Shown here piece by piece: positions 1-9,669 of a DNA stretch of 42,443 nt. The DNA is from Sanchytrium tribonematis (Eukaryota). The position numbers and the translations under genes were made by a program. The notes below the pieces were generated by a model that worked only from the letters and a program-made list of their open reading frames with translations, was not told the DNA's origin and searched no databases. The DNA lies in contig JADGIG010000020.1 of assembly GCA_018985235.1 (NCBI GenBank), forward strand, positions 1 through 42,443, given 5' to 3'. Within the stretch, counting starts at the first letter, position 1, and each line of letters begins with the position of its first letter.

Positions 1-687
1 AATAAGCTATCTCTCATTGAAAGGCTAATTAGAGTAAGCCGATTACCATATCTTAATCCCAAAATTATTGACGAGCGCGCCAATGAAAAGACTGATGGAA
101 ATCAATTGAATTTCTCAATCGAACAACCTTCAAATTATAAAAGAAGGGCCAACCTTAAAACAAATAGATCAGAGAAAAATTTAGAAATAAATGAGACCAC
201 GGAGCCATTTATAAATGAAGTCATGTTGGATTCCATGCGATTTATAGACTGTAGACTATCAAATTCAGTAAGATCCTTGATACTATTGCTAAAGGATCAT
301 GAACAACTCGGTTTTGCTGACAGTGGATTTCCCATCTTGATCAATCGCAAACAATTAATTGGATTTATTGACGCTAGTGAGCTCAGGTTTGCATTAAAAA
401 ATGTCAAGGATTTTGGTTTAGACATCCCATGCTATTTTTTACACGAACAAATTCAGTATCTACATGCACTAGATGGCTCAAATGAGCTTACAAATTTTAA
501 CGATTTGACTTCGTTTGTAAATTTTACGCCTCTCACTATATCACCAAGATGTTCAAAAGATTATGTTGTGCAGCTATTTTTAAAACTAGGATTGAAATTT
601 GTCTGTGTCGTTGATATACACGGTAGTTATTTAGGATTTATACATAAGAAGAGAGTTATCTCTTATTTCGATGACACACTTGATTAG
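1..687 (+). CDS. ClC-family voltage-gated chloride channel, C-terminal part with CBS domain pair (5' end lies outside the window)
   Basis: Frame 1 is open from base 1 (NKLSLIERLIRVSRLPYLNPK, like the ClC last-helix 'I..LxxYPFL' segment). CBS motifs 'SGFPIL...LIGFI' and 'TPLTIS...VVQLFLKLGLKFVCVVD..G.YLGFIHKK' are typical of ClC-3/Gef1 C-termini. Confidence 0.85.
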   Translation, partial: NKLSLIERLIRVSRLPYLNPKIIDERANEKTDGNQLNFSIEQPSNYKRRANLKTNRSEKNLEINETTEPFINEVMLDSMRFIDCRLSNSVRSLILLLKDHEQLGFADSGFPILINRKQLIGFIDASELRFALKNVKDFGLDIPCYFLHEQIQYLHALDGSNELTNFNDLTSFVNFTPLTISPRCSKDYVVQLFLKLGLKFVCVVDIHGSYLGFIHKKRVISYFDDTLD

Positions 688-774
688 TGGAGTATTGTAA
701 TTTGACAAGATGTTGTCAGAACAAGCAAGAATAAATTTAGAATATTTATCGCGTTTTAAAATTTGAGCCATTTC

Positions 775-2630
775 ATGTCAAGTACCAACCCAACTCAAAA
801 GAATGTAATTGGAAATTACAGGTTGGAGAAAACCATAGGTTCTGGTACATACGGAAAAGTGAAGCTAGCAAAACATGTTACTACAAATGAAAAATTCGCG
901 GTTAAAATCATTGATAAGTCTAACATTTCAACTCAAAAACAAATTGCTCGAATTCAAAGAGAGATACGATTTTTAAAATTGCTTCAACACCCACATATTG
1001 TTAAAGTTTATGAGGTCTTTGAGTCCCCAAATCAGATTTTTATTGTGATGGAATATATTCAGGGTGGTGAATTATTTGACTATATTGTAGCGCACAAAAG
1101 AATAAAAGAAAAAGAAGCGCGGGTTTTTTACAGAGAAATACTTAGTGCAGTGGACTACTGCCATAAGAATGGTGTCATCCATCGAGATTTAAAACCAGAA
1201 AATTTACTCTTGAATGAAAACAAAAATATCAAAATTATCGATTTTGGTTTTGGAAACATATTTTTCCCAGATGGCTTGTTAGATACGTTTTGTGGATCAC
1301 CATTTTATGCTGCACCAGAAATGATACTGGGAAAGAAGTATGAAGGTCCGGAGGTGGATATGTGGTCCTTGGGAGTTATTCTATTTGCTTTGCTATGTGG
1401 CCATCTTCCTTTTGACGATGAAAATATTAAGGAGCTTTACAAAAAAATATCGGCAGGTCAGTACACGATTCCAAACTATATATCAAATGGTATGAATTTT
1501 CTAATTTAGAAGCAAAAAGTCTCATATCAAGATTAATAACAGTAGATCCTAAAAAAAGGGCCACTCTTCTAGAAGTTTGTCAACATCCATGGCTTAATGA
1601 AGGCTATGATGGACCTCCGGAAAATTTTTTGCCAAAGAGGCCCGTCTTGACTGAATTTTCCCAGCTAGATACTGAAATTCTCACGCGAATGCAAGCATTT
1701 GGGCACACTAACGAAGAAATCCAGAAAGCTTTTGAAGCGGACAGAAGTCAAAATAGACCAAACCCAATCCGGTCTACTTACTTTTTGCTTCAAGAAATGA
1801 TGGAAAAAGAAAAAAGGAAATCAGGAATTGCGGTTCCTAATGCTCAAAGCTCTCTATCGGCACCAGAAGAAAAGAAGACAAATCAATCGACCAGTTTGTA
1901 CGCAATTAATGAAGACAAGACTACTGCCGTGAAACTATTGGCACCAAGTAATATAGAAAGTTCGAAAAACAACTTCACATCCATGCCCCAAGTAGTAGTA
2001 GATAAAGGAAGAAGAGCTTCAGCCTTTGACGGCAAGGTTCAATCAACTCAACATCAGAGATCTGCAACCGATGGTCCAAAGCCTCATGTAGTGGCCGTCT
2101 CAACTCAAAATTTATCTCCTGATTATGGCCCCAAATCGGCACCAGCGCAAAATAATTCGTTACAAGTTCCAGTCAGCGAAGAAAAAGGAAGGCGCCACTC
2201 TGCTAATCAGATTGATATCGATAGTAGCAACAAAAGCATCAACGAAGATGCGAGTATTAAGTCTCTTGCTAGTTGGTTTTTAAATAATCAAACTACATCT
2301 AATAAACTACCAGTAGAGATAATTGCAGAAGCAGTAAAGGTTCTTAAGGAAAGTGGTATTCACTTCGCTATTGATGGGTATTGTATCGAATGTGTCCAGG
2401 ATGACAAGTTGTCAGAGCAAGACTTTCAGTCTTATCAAACTAAAGATTTGAGACGTGGATCTATCATGGCCATCCCTCCACAAATGTCAAAAAATGCTGT
2501 AGTATTCAGAATTGAGGTGGGAAAGGTCCCAAAAATCAATATGCATGGTGTTACCTTTAGAAGAATTAGTGGTGGTGTGTGGAATTATAAAAAAATTTGC
2601 AACAAAATCGTACAACAGATGAGTTTATAA
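775..2630 (+). CDS. KIN1: Kin1/MARK/PAR-1 family Ser/Thr kinase with C-terminal KA1 domain; join(775..1489,1510..2630), 611 aa
   Basis: GSGTYGKV, HRDLKPEN, DFGFG and TFCGSPFYAAPE motifs. Removing the 20-nt intron 1490..1509 restores subdomain XI (ISNEAKSLISRLITVDPKKRATLLEVCQHPW). KA1 tail FRRISGGVWNYKKICNKI. First ATG is at 775. Confidence 0.92.
1490..1509 (+). other. 20-nt spliceosomal intron GTATGAATTTTCTAATTTAG
   Basis: GT..AG with CTAAT branch motif. Removal joins the kinase ORF in frame to the downstream ORF and restores conserved kinase residues. Confidence 0.95.
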
Positions 2631-2649
2631 TAAATAGAAAAATTATGCT

Positions 2650-3361
2650 TTATTCAAATCTCAATTTAAGGGAATCATCTATATACGACCTTTGTTGGTA
2701 AGCCGGGTCAACGCTGTTCTTTGACCTATCTATTTTTTTCAAGTCTTTAATAACAGCTCGTAGTTCTATATTTTCTTTCTCTAGATTTTTGACTCGAATA
2801 TAAAGCTCTGAATTTTCAATGTAGTTTTCGTCGGTCTGTGTTTCTTTAGATTGCAAAACTTTCAAGAAACTAAAATCATCAGCGATGGAATTCCTGGATT
2901 CGGGCTTATTATTCGGCTCAATAAAATTGATAAGTCTAGATGTAGGTCTCTTCTTATTTTCTTTTTTGTCCAAATCTCCAGAATCGGATGTCGAAACATT
3001 CTTTATTTTTTCTTTCTAAATTATTTTGAAATACTAATTGTGACACAGTATCACTTTCAGCGGTGTCAATGAATGATTGAGGTCTTTGTGTTGAACTCTG
3101 ACTTCTTCTCCGACGTTGAAATATTGGTGAGTTGTTATCCTGAACTTTGACATCAGATTGTTTAATTTCTGCATTGGAATTGTTGATAGAGCTAGGTCTG
3201 CTAGTCTTTGTTACATTCGATCGAGAATTACGAAGAGTAAATGTCCCTTCCGTTCCCTTCATACTTTCTTCCATTTTTCTTTGTTCTTCCAATTCGTTGT
3301 CTTTCTCGTTATATTTATGTTTATTGTCATCTGCTTTAAACGCGCTAATAAATTTATTCAT
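2650..3361 (-). CDS. Hypothetical low-complexity/coiled-coil protein with KETQT motif; complement join(3035..3361,2650..3015), 230 aa
   Basis: ORFs 2954..3361 and 2650..2973 join in frame on removing the 19-nt intron 3016..3034. No recognisable family. Confidence 0.7.
3016..3034 (-). other. 19-nt intron GTATTTCAAAATAATTTAG
   Basis: GT..AG; matches the window-wide TnAY-NNAG end; joins two ORFs in frame (SQL|KEKIKNVS). Not anchored by homology. Confidence 0.8.
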
Positions 3362-3391
3362 TTTTAAATGTGGCTTTATTGAAAAATGTAA

Positions 3392-4468
3392 TTATATCGG
3401 CATGTTTCTGGTAAGGGTTAAACTCTGAATATCTTTCCTGGAAAGAGTTTGAAAGACTTGGGAACCAGCAGGAAAATCTTTAGACTCCTTATTTCTATAC
3501 TGCCTAACTTCTGCCCAGAGAATTTTATTTCTTTCTCGAAGCTCATCAACTACCTCATTTTGTTTTTGCATTGCCTCATCATATTCTTTAACCTTGGTTG
3601 TTAAAGCTTCATTAAGCTTCCATAATTGTCCCACTAATGCATTCGACATGACTAATAGTGTATCTGTTTGACACTCTTTCTCTTCATGCTTTTCAATCTC
3701 GTAGCCTTTATAATCCTCCGTTTGTACTTCACCGTCTTTCTTTTCAAAAACAGAATGATCCCACTCGGTCATGGTTTCTGCATCAATAAATTGGCTTCTG
3801 TCAATTGCCATAGGTTCGTTTTCAAATAACTCTATTATTTTCTGGCTAGTTATGATTTCTTCACTTACGCTTGTGGGAGAATGGTCATTTTCTTTTAAAT
3901 TACCTGATACAAACTTTATATTTTCAAGCCGTGGTTGGACCAAACTGTCAGTTAAATAGCTCAGTTTTTTAAGAAATTGATCTGCAAAGTCATTTTCAAG
4001 AGTAGAGTTATCGTCATTCTCGGCTTGAGTGCGATTTTGTGCCAAATTATTCAGTTCATCGATAATTAAGACTATATCTGTATCAATCTTTGATTGGAGT
4101 ATTGTTTTGGTTCTAGAAATGCGATTTGTGGATTCCTGATTACTAACACGCGTCTCTGTTGTGGTTGCATCGACTAAAATAGCTGTCGTAGGCTGACTCA
4201 AGACTTCCAAATTTTGCAAGGAATGTGATGAAATAGTTGGAGAGGTTTTGATTTCGTCAATTAATCTCATATTAAAGTGGGGCTGAATGTGCGTTTTCTT
4301 TTGGTTTCGTTCATTCTTCTTCGGGACCAAAGACAACCTCTTTGATGGGTCTTCATTTTTCTTTCTCGAGGTAGTCATTTTCGAAAATAGAGAGCTGCTT
4401 TCTTTATCGATGCCCTTCTCCAATGATTTTTGTGTGCTATTCAAGTTGTCACGTAAAGATTTATTCAT
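3392..4468 (-). CDS. Hypothetical protein with repeated QT-like motifs followed by a coiled coil, 358 aa
   Basis: Long ATG-initiated ORF; Ser/Thr/charged low complexity; motifs DAETMTE, GEVQTED, KECQTDT; C-terminal heptad segment. Confidence 0.7.
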   Translation of the reverse strand: MNKSLRDNLNSTQKSLEKGIDKESSSLFSKMTTSRKKNEDPSKRLSLVPKKNERNQKKTHIQPHFNMRLIDEIKTSPTISSHSLQNLEVLSQPTTAILVDATTTETRVSNQESTNRISRTKTILQSKIDTDIVLIIDELNNLAQNRTQAENDDNSTLENDFADQFLKKLSYLTDSLVQPRLENIKFVSGNLKENDHSPTSVSEEIITSQKIIELFENEPMAIDRSQFIDAETMTEWDHSVFEKKDGEVQTEDYKGYEIEKHEEKECQTDTLLVMSNALVGQLWKLNEALTTKVKEYDEAMQKQNEVVDELRERNKILWAEVRQYRNKESKDFPAGSQVFQTLSRKDIQSLTLTRNMPI

Positions 4469-4509
4469 TGTTATTTTTAATGGGTAATATTTTAAAAGCC
4501 ATGAAAATT

Positions 4510-5433
4510 TTATTGAGATTGATCAACACTGGTGCTTCTGGTCATATTGATAGTCTCTAGATCTCTCGAAAGTCTTGTGACGGAAAGTGCGAGGCGCTTA
4601 TTTTCTTGTTTGTAATAGTCGCATTGAATTCGCATATCTCTCAATTGTTTGATTAGCTCGTTGTTCATTTCCTCCAATTTCGATTCTCTAGTAGATTTGC
4701 CAGCCTTAAATTCGAATTCCAGGCTTTCAGCTATATTATTCACAGAAACGAAGTCTGGTGACTTATTTCCTAATTTATCGGGATTTCTCATTAGTACATC
4801 GGTAATTGAATTCATAGAGTGGTACTGAGGTTTGATAACTTGTTCCGCAGGTCTAAAGATATTATCAGTGTTGGCCGAAACAATTTTTGCTGAGTCTGGA
4901 ATTTTAGCCTCAGGGACCCGCCGATATTGATCCATAGCGGATTGCGGCTGTAAACTCAGATTTGAAACCGACCTTATTTTTGTAGTAGAATTCACGCTCA
5001 TAGACAAATTTGGAGCTGAGAAATATGGCATGTCCAATACAACGTCCGACGATTCCAAGTCAGAATTTTGAACTTTTAAATTTTTAATATTACGAGGGAG
5101 ATATGGTTGAAACCCGGGTCCGGCGACCTCATGCAATGAAATGGAGTAAATTGGGTTGGAAATTTTCGAGCTTTTATACTCATCAATTTCCATATATTCA
5201 CTTTTAGAAATTTTTTCAACAAATTTTCTAATAAGCGGTTTTTTCCGTTGTATCTTAGACGGCTTTTTAGAAATACTGACATATCGTTTCATTAATCTGA
5301 ATTTTTTTCCACAAGCATAATCATTAGCTCTCAACTCTTCAAATGAATATTTGTTGTATCCAGAACAACCAGTTATCGATTGAAGATTTCCATCTTCGAA
5401 GTGGACCGATTGAAAAGTTCCCGTTTGTAACAT
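4510..5433 (-). CDS. Protein with an N-terminal Nup98/Nup116-type GLEBS-like motif and C-terminal coiled coil, no FG repeats
   Basis: LQSITGCSGYNKYSFEELRANDYACGKK resembles the Nup98 GLEBS consensus (QCITAMKEYESKSLEELRLEDY). First ATG is at 5433; the ORF track starts at a TTG at 5469. Confidence 0.65.
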   Translation of the reverse strand: MLQTGTFQSVHFEDGNLQSITGCSGYNKYSFEELRANDYACGKKFRLMKRYVSISKKPSKIQRKKPLIRKFVEKISKSEYMEIDEYKSSKISNPIYSISLHEVAGPGFQPYLPRNIKNLKVQNSDLESSDVVLDMPYFSAPNLSMSVNSTTKIRSVSNLSLQPQSAMDQYRRVPEAKIPDSAKIVSANTDNIFRPAEQVIKPQYHSMNSITDVLMRNPDKLGNKSPDFVSVNNIAESLEFEFKAGKSTRESKLEEMNNELIKQLRDMRIQCDYYKQENKRLALSVTRLSRDLETINMTRSTSVDQSQ

Positions 5434-5918
5434 TCGTGAATCTACAAGATGGCTTTTCTGTGGAAACAATAAGAAAAAAATAAAATATAAAAAGATAGAG
5501 TCAAACCTGAGATCGAATGCATATTCTTCAGCATCAGTATATTAATAAATGTCTTTTTGATTCGATTTAATTTGAAAAACACGTCTATCTCCATACATAA
5601 ATGAGAGGTTATTCCAAGAGCACTCTGAGTTTATCACAACACCTGAATTCATTGATAATATTTTGCCTAGTCTATCTGAAGCCCAGAGAAGCCAATATCA
5701 CGGTAGCTCTTACGGTGTTTATGGTGAAATGAGATACGTATTAGGTTTAAATCTGCAAAATCATTCTTTCAGCTGTGATAAATATTATATACATGAAGCA
5801 CTTAATTCTGATAACATGTAAATATGAAGGAGGTTCCTTAATAAGAATCGAACATGAAGCCTTGTATTTTTGTGCTTTATTAATAAATTTGTCCTGCAAA
5901 AATCACTCCGTGTTACAA

Positions 5919-6578
5919 ATGGTCTCCCACGTTATTCAAATCTATCTAGCTTTAATACATCTTGCTATCCTCTTTCTATTGTTCGATCTTCATCACGTTT
6001 TCTACCCTATTGATATTAATCTAACTCGAGTTGGAAGACTATTTGATGCTAGCATTTTTTCGAAAGAATCATTGTTAGCTACTTCAAAATTGCATTCTCA
6101 AAGCAATTGGCCAAAATACATACATACTACTAGGCCTTTATGGAGCTCTATCGATGAAATCGTGCTGCATAAACACCCTGAGTACTTTATTCAAAAACAC
6201 TATCCACATTTGTTTCATCTTTACAACCATGCTAGTAAACAACTGCAAGAGCCTATTGCAAATATATTGTACACAATGCATTTTGGAGGTCTTTATTATA
6301 TTAATATATCTTCAATATCTGAGCATGACAAAATCTCTCGCTTTAAAGTCAATTCATTGCATTCTCCAATTATAATTTACACAATTAATCGAAAATTGAC
6401 CGCAATTTTAAGCAGACCAGATGAATCATTCTGGAAATTTGTAGTGCAATTGGTGAATATGAGAGTTCCTGTCTGGAAATATCAGAATTTAGATTTTCTT
6501 GTTGGTGGTAGCATGATCAGAGACGCTGTAAGGTTATACGAAGAAAATGGCGGATACATTGAATGGGTTCATATATAA
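5919..6578 (+). CDS. Glycosyltransferase family 32 (Sur1/Csg1/Och1-like) type II membrane protein, apparently lacking the DxD motif
   Basis: N-terminal hydrophobic anchor; 'WPKYIHTT' resembles IPKIIHQT; also 'FIQKHYP', 'ILYTMHFGGLY' and 'FWKFVV'. ATG at 5919. Confidence 0.6.
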   Translation: MVSHVIQIYLALIHLAILFLLFDLHHVFYPIDINLTRVGRLFDASIFSKESLLATSKLHSQSNWPKYIHTTRPLWSSIDEIVLHKHPEYFIQKHYPHLFHLYNHASKQLQEPIANILYTMHFGGLYYINISSISEHDKISRFKVNSLHSPIIIYTINRKLTAILSRPDESFWKFVVQLVNMRVPVWKYQNLDFLVGGSMIRDAVRLYEENGGYIEWVHI

Positions 6579-6589
6579 TAAATCTTTGA

Positions 6590-8905
6590 TTAACAACTAT
6601 CCAACTGACCTTCACGACTTGAATTATCATCAGGTATCTCCAATATAAAATTTGGTCTAACTCTTTCTACACATATTGAGCGGTATGGATTTTTATCTAT
6701 AGAATAAGAGTACAAATCCAAAGATTCTGCAATAAAATGTAGCGCCTTTCGCTTAATTTTCGACATTGGTTTGTATCGCAGGACTTCGATTAAATCGTTT
6801 TCATATTTAAACTTCAGCATTTCGTTTAAATTTTCATCAACAAAACTTTTTGAGATTTCAAGTGATACTGCTGGTGGAAATACATTATCTCTAAGATATT
6901 CAAAATTTATCAATTCATCTTTTTTGGAAAACAAAGTTATGCAATAACCAAGAGAGGTTAATCTTTGGAATAGTTCGCAACAATAAGGCTTCGAAAGAGT
7001 GATGTGGGAATTAGAATTTCTCCATTCAGTAGATACAGGATCAAAATTCAATTTCATAGATGTTATTAAAGGTATCAGATTTTTACAAGAAACTGTCACG
7101 CTTAATGGATGTCCCTCACAAGAAATTGAGGATCTGATCTCAATTGATTTTCCACACGTTGGACATTCAGACTCATCATCCGCATGACAAATGGATGTGC
7201 ACAAATGTCCACAAACTTGTGGCTTTAAACAATCTTGAGAGCATTTAACAGAGAGATGTTGGTGACAAATTTCTTTACAATAATGAGATCCGCAGCTCAT
7301 TTCCTTTTGACAAATATTGCCACAACTTGGAAATACTTCTGCCTGGACTTGATAACAAGGTACGCTGGGAATATAACACAACCCGCAACTGCACTTGCTG
7401 TCGGTCAAGTGTGAACAAGGAGGGCAGTCTCCGACAGAATGGCATTTATGTGGAAGCCTTGAATGTCCACATTTGTTCGGTTTTATACAGTCAAATTCAC
7501 AAATGGGAGGTAAACTAGTTCCACATAAAAGAGGAGGAGTCAAAGTTGTTCTACCGCAAGCGCATTGAAGAAGAGACTCATCCCATAAATCATAAATTTC
7601 CATGCAAGAAGGACAACTTCCTGAATGACACGGAAGATGACAGTAATGATTCAAGCATTTTAATCTTTTGGAGCATAGCCTTTCGCAATTATGATATTCG
7701 CTCACATTTTTGATTTTGAAACTTAAAAATTCGTCTACGTATAAGACATCGACCGGTAAATTTTTTTTAAATTTCAGATTTGTGTCATACAATTGCTTAA
7801 ATCTTTCTTTTATCCCATGCATATTCCCAAGACAGCATATCTTCTCGCATCGATGTTGATTGCATTCAAGTAAACTATCACAAGAATATTCACATCTTAA
7901 TTCTTTCGCGGAGCAGTTCATTATTTTAGTTATTCTTCCACAAAGGCATGCCATTGACTTTGTTTTAGAGCAGGGTCCACAAGGATCTAGATGACATATT
8001 TTTTCACAACGATGGCCACATTTTAAGGGCTTTGAACAAGTTCGAGAGCAGCACAAAATAGGATCCTTGCAAGTTGTACGGTCTAATATTGTTTTACCAC
8101 AAGGGCAATTTCGAACTTTATTTGGGTCGAATGGGCACAAAACTGGGTGTTCAATGGGGGAATGACAGTTATCTTCACATTCATGATTGTTACATAAAAA
8201 TTTAAATCTGCATTTTTCTTGAATTTGTTGCATTTCAGATTCACAAAAATCTTTGCATAAAGATCCCATCAAAAAGGAATCTTTGGGTATAAGGGTTGCT
8301 CGTAAAAGGGAATACCCATTTAAATTTTCTTTTTTTACCAATTCATAGTTCGATGAGCAATTAATTTTCTTTTTAAACGTAAGACACCGGCAGTATACTT
8401 CGACAATTTGGTCACATTGCTTGCATGAGCCTTCATGGCAGAGATCAGTGCATTCATGATGTGAGCAAGAAAGGCCTTTGTTGCATTGTTTTCGACATGT
8501 AAACGTTTTAGTTTCATGACATAATATATTAGAGACAGACAATTTTCCACAATAACATGTTCGCGGTTCTGTAAGTATAATATCACATGGTGGACATCTG
8601 CCAGGATGGCACCTAACTGGGCATTTATGCCCACATGGAAGAAATCTTTGACAAGTATTGTTACAACTTTGACCGCTTCCTTTTCCGCAAAAACAGCTCA
8701 AAGAGAGTTGCACATATGTCTGATTACATTTCGGGCAGCACCATTCTGCTTTGTCTTTTGTCCATAATTTTATACATTTGAAGTGAAAGATTGAGAAACA
8801 GCATTCACTGCAATGCCAAATTTTTTGATTGCGATATATTTTATCACAGCAAATTGAACATTCATACTTATTGTACCTAAGCTGTTTACGAAGTGGTTCC
8901 ATCAT
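6590..8905 (-). CDS. NF-X1-type zinc finger protein (NFX1/Fap1 family) with RING/PHD-like N-terminus and C-terminal R3H domain, 771 aa
   Basis: 'YECSICCDKI...IWHC..CFSIFHFKCIKLW...WCCPKC'; multiple 'LxCGHxCxxxCHxGxCxPC' repeats; R3H-like 'PMSKIKRKALHFIAE...SYSID..PYRSI'. Confidence 0.9.
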   Translation of the reverse strand: MMEPLRKQLRYNKYECSICCDKIYRNQKIWHCSECCFSIFHFKCIKLWTKDKAEWCCPKCNQTYVQLSLSCFCGKGSGQSCNNTCQRFLPCGHKCPVRCHPGRCPPCDIILTEPRTCYCGKLSVSNILCHETKTFTCRKQCNKGLSCSHHECTDLCHEGSCKQCDQIVEVYCRCLTFKKKINCSSNYELVKKENLNGYSLLRATLIPKDSFLMGSLCKDFCESEMQQIQEKCRFKFLCNNHECEDNCHSPIEHPVLCPFDPNKVRNCPCGKTILDRTTCKDPILCCSRTCSKPLKCGHRCEKICHLDPCGPCSKTKSMACLCGRITKIMNCSAKELRCEYSCDSLLECNQHRCEKICCLGNMHGIKERFKQLYDTNLKFKKNLPVDVLYVDEFLSFKIKNVSEYHNCERLCSKRLKCLNHYCHLPCHSGSCPSCMEIYDLWDESLLQCACGRTTLTPPLLCGTSLPPICEFDCIKPNKCGHSRLPHKCHSVGDCPPCSHLTDSKCSCGLCYIPSVPCYQVQAEVFPSCGNICQKEMSCGSHYCKEICHQHLSVKCSQDCLKPQVCGHLCTSICHADDESECPTCGKSIEIRSSISCEGHPLSVTVSCKNLIPLITSMKLNFDPVSTEWRNSNSHITLSKPYCCELFQRLTSLGYCITLFSKKDELINFEYLRDNVFPPAVSLEISKSFVDENLNEMLKFKYENDLIEVLRYKPMSKIKRKALHFIAESLDLYSYSIDKNPYRSICVERVRPNFILEIPDDNSSREGQLDSC

Positions 8906-9046
8906 TTTGTTTCAAATTCTCCATCATCTTTGCAATATTTGCCGTATCTAATCAGAATTTTGTTCATACAAGTTCTACAATCAGCATCATAACACTAGTG
9001 AATCAAGGATTTGTAAATAAGTCTGGAGTTCATATTAAAAGTTGAT

Positions 9047-9556
9047 TTACTGGCAGCAGAATAATCTCAAAAAAATGTTAGGTTTCTTCTTTGGTATTAC
9101 TTTAGGCTGACGAGATGACATTCTCGGGGATGGGTCAGCTGATCGATAAGGCTGATTAGTTTTCCTCTCTCGTCTCATATTGGCATTGGTTGAACTTCCA
9201 TCCCTCTTTTTTTCTAAATTTCTTGACCTTGAGCTCGATCGCTCTCTTTGTCTCTCTTTATGCTTTCTTATAGAATCGGTGGTGTGGCCTTTATGATTTC
9301 TTGAAGTTTTACTTCTACCAGATCGCTCACCTTTGTTTCTGCGCTTTCTGCTACTTCTCGATGATGAATTGCTGCTTTGCAATTCATCATTTGTGACTTT
9401 CTTTTTCGCAAAATCAGGAACATGCCCGTGCTTTTCCTGATAGTATCTTTCCAAAGCATCATCAACTTCTTCCTCTTCGTTTGGCGCAAAATATCCATTG
9501 ACTTGTTTGGTGACATGTTCAACATTCTCGCTCACCCATTCTCCCCAAGTAGCCAT
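9047..9556 (-). CDS. Possible Mso1-like Sec1-binding protein with basic tail and C-terminal CC motif
   Basis: 'DDALERYYQEKHGHVPDF' resembles the Mso1 Sec1-binding segment (ALxxYYxEKGxxxPxW). Ends KKKPNIFLRLFCCQ, a likely lipidation site. Confidence 0.45.
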   Translation of the reverse strand: MATWGEWVSENVEHVTKQVNGYFAPNEEEEVDDALERYYQEKHGHVPDFAKKKVTNDELQSSNSSSRSSRKRRNKGERSGRSKTSRNHKGHTTDSIRKHKERQRERSSSRSRNLEKKRDGSSTNANMRRERKTNQPYRSADPSPRMSSRQPKVIPKKKPNIFLRLFCCQ

Positions 9557-9669
9557 TGTTCAAAAACTACTTGAGTGCGCTTTTTTAACAAATTAATTTG
9601 TAAATGATTGGCTAGAAATTCGTCTCAAGCAAAAAAATTATTGAGGGTCTAACGTCAATTATCTTAGTC

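Noticed and set aside
3362..3457. An intron or readthrough fusing ORF 3392..4468 to ORF 2954..3361
   Set aside because: No short GT-AG pair spans the TAA. Nearby candidates GTCTTTCAAACTCTTTCCAG and GTTTAACCCTTACCAG lack the A at -6 and do not join the two frames.
5771..5792. 20-nt GT..AG segment on the minus strand (GTATATAATATTTATCACAG)
   Set aside because: A is at -7 rather than -6, and splicing leads to a stop within a few codons in all frames.
6590..8905. Cys/His-rich repeats as a novel repeat system
   Set aside because: They are ordinary NF-X1 zinc finger repeats.
8906..9033. Small minus-strand ORF MNSRLIYKSLIH* resembling an LYR start, and nearby GT..AG segments
   Set aside because: Stops after 12 codons. 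The candidate introns fail the -6 A rule and do not yield a longer protein or join to the NF-X1 gene.
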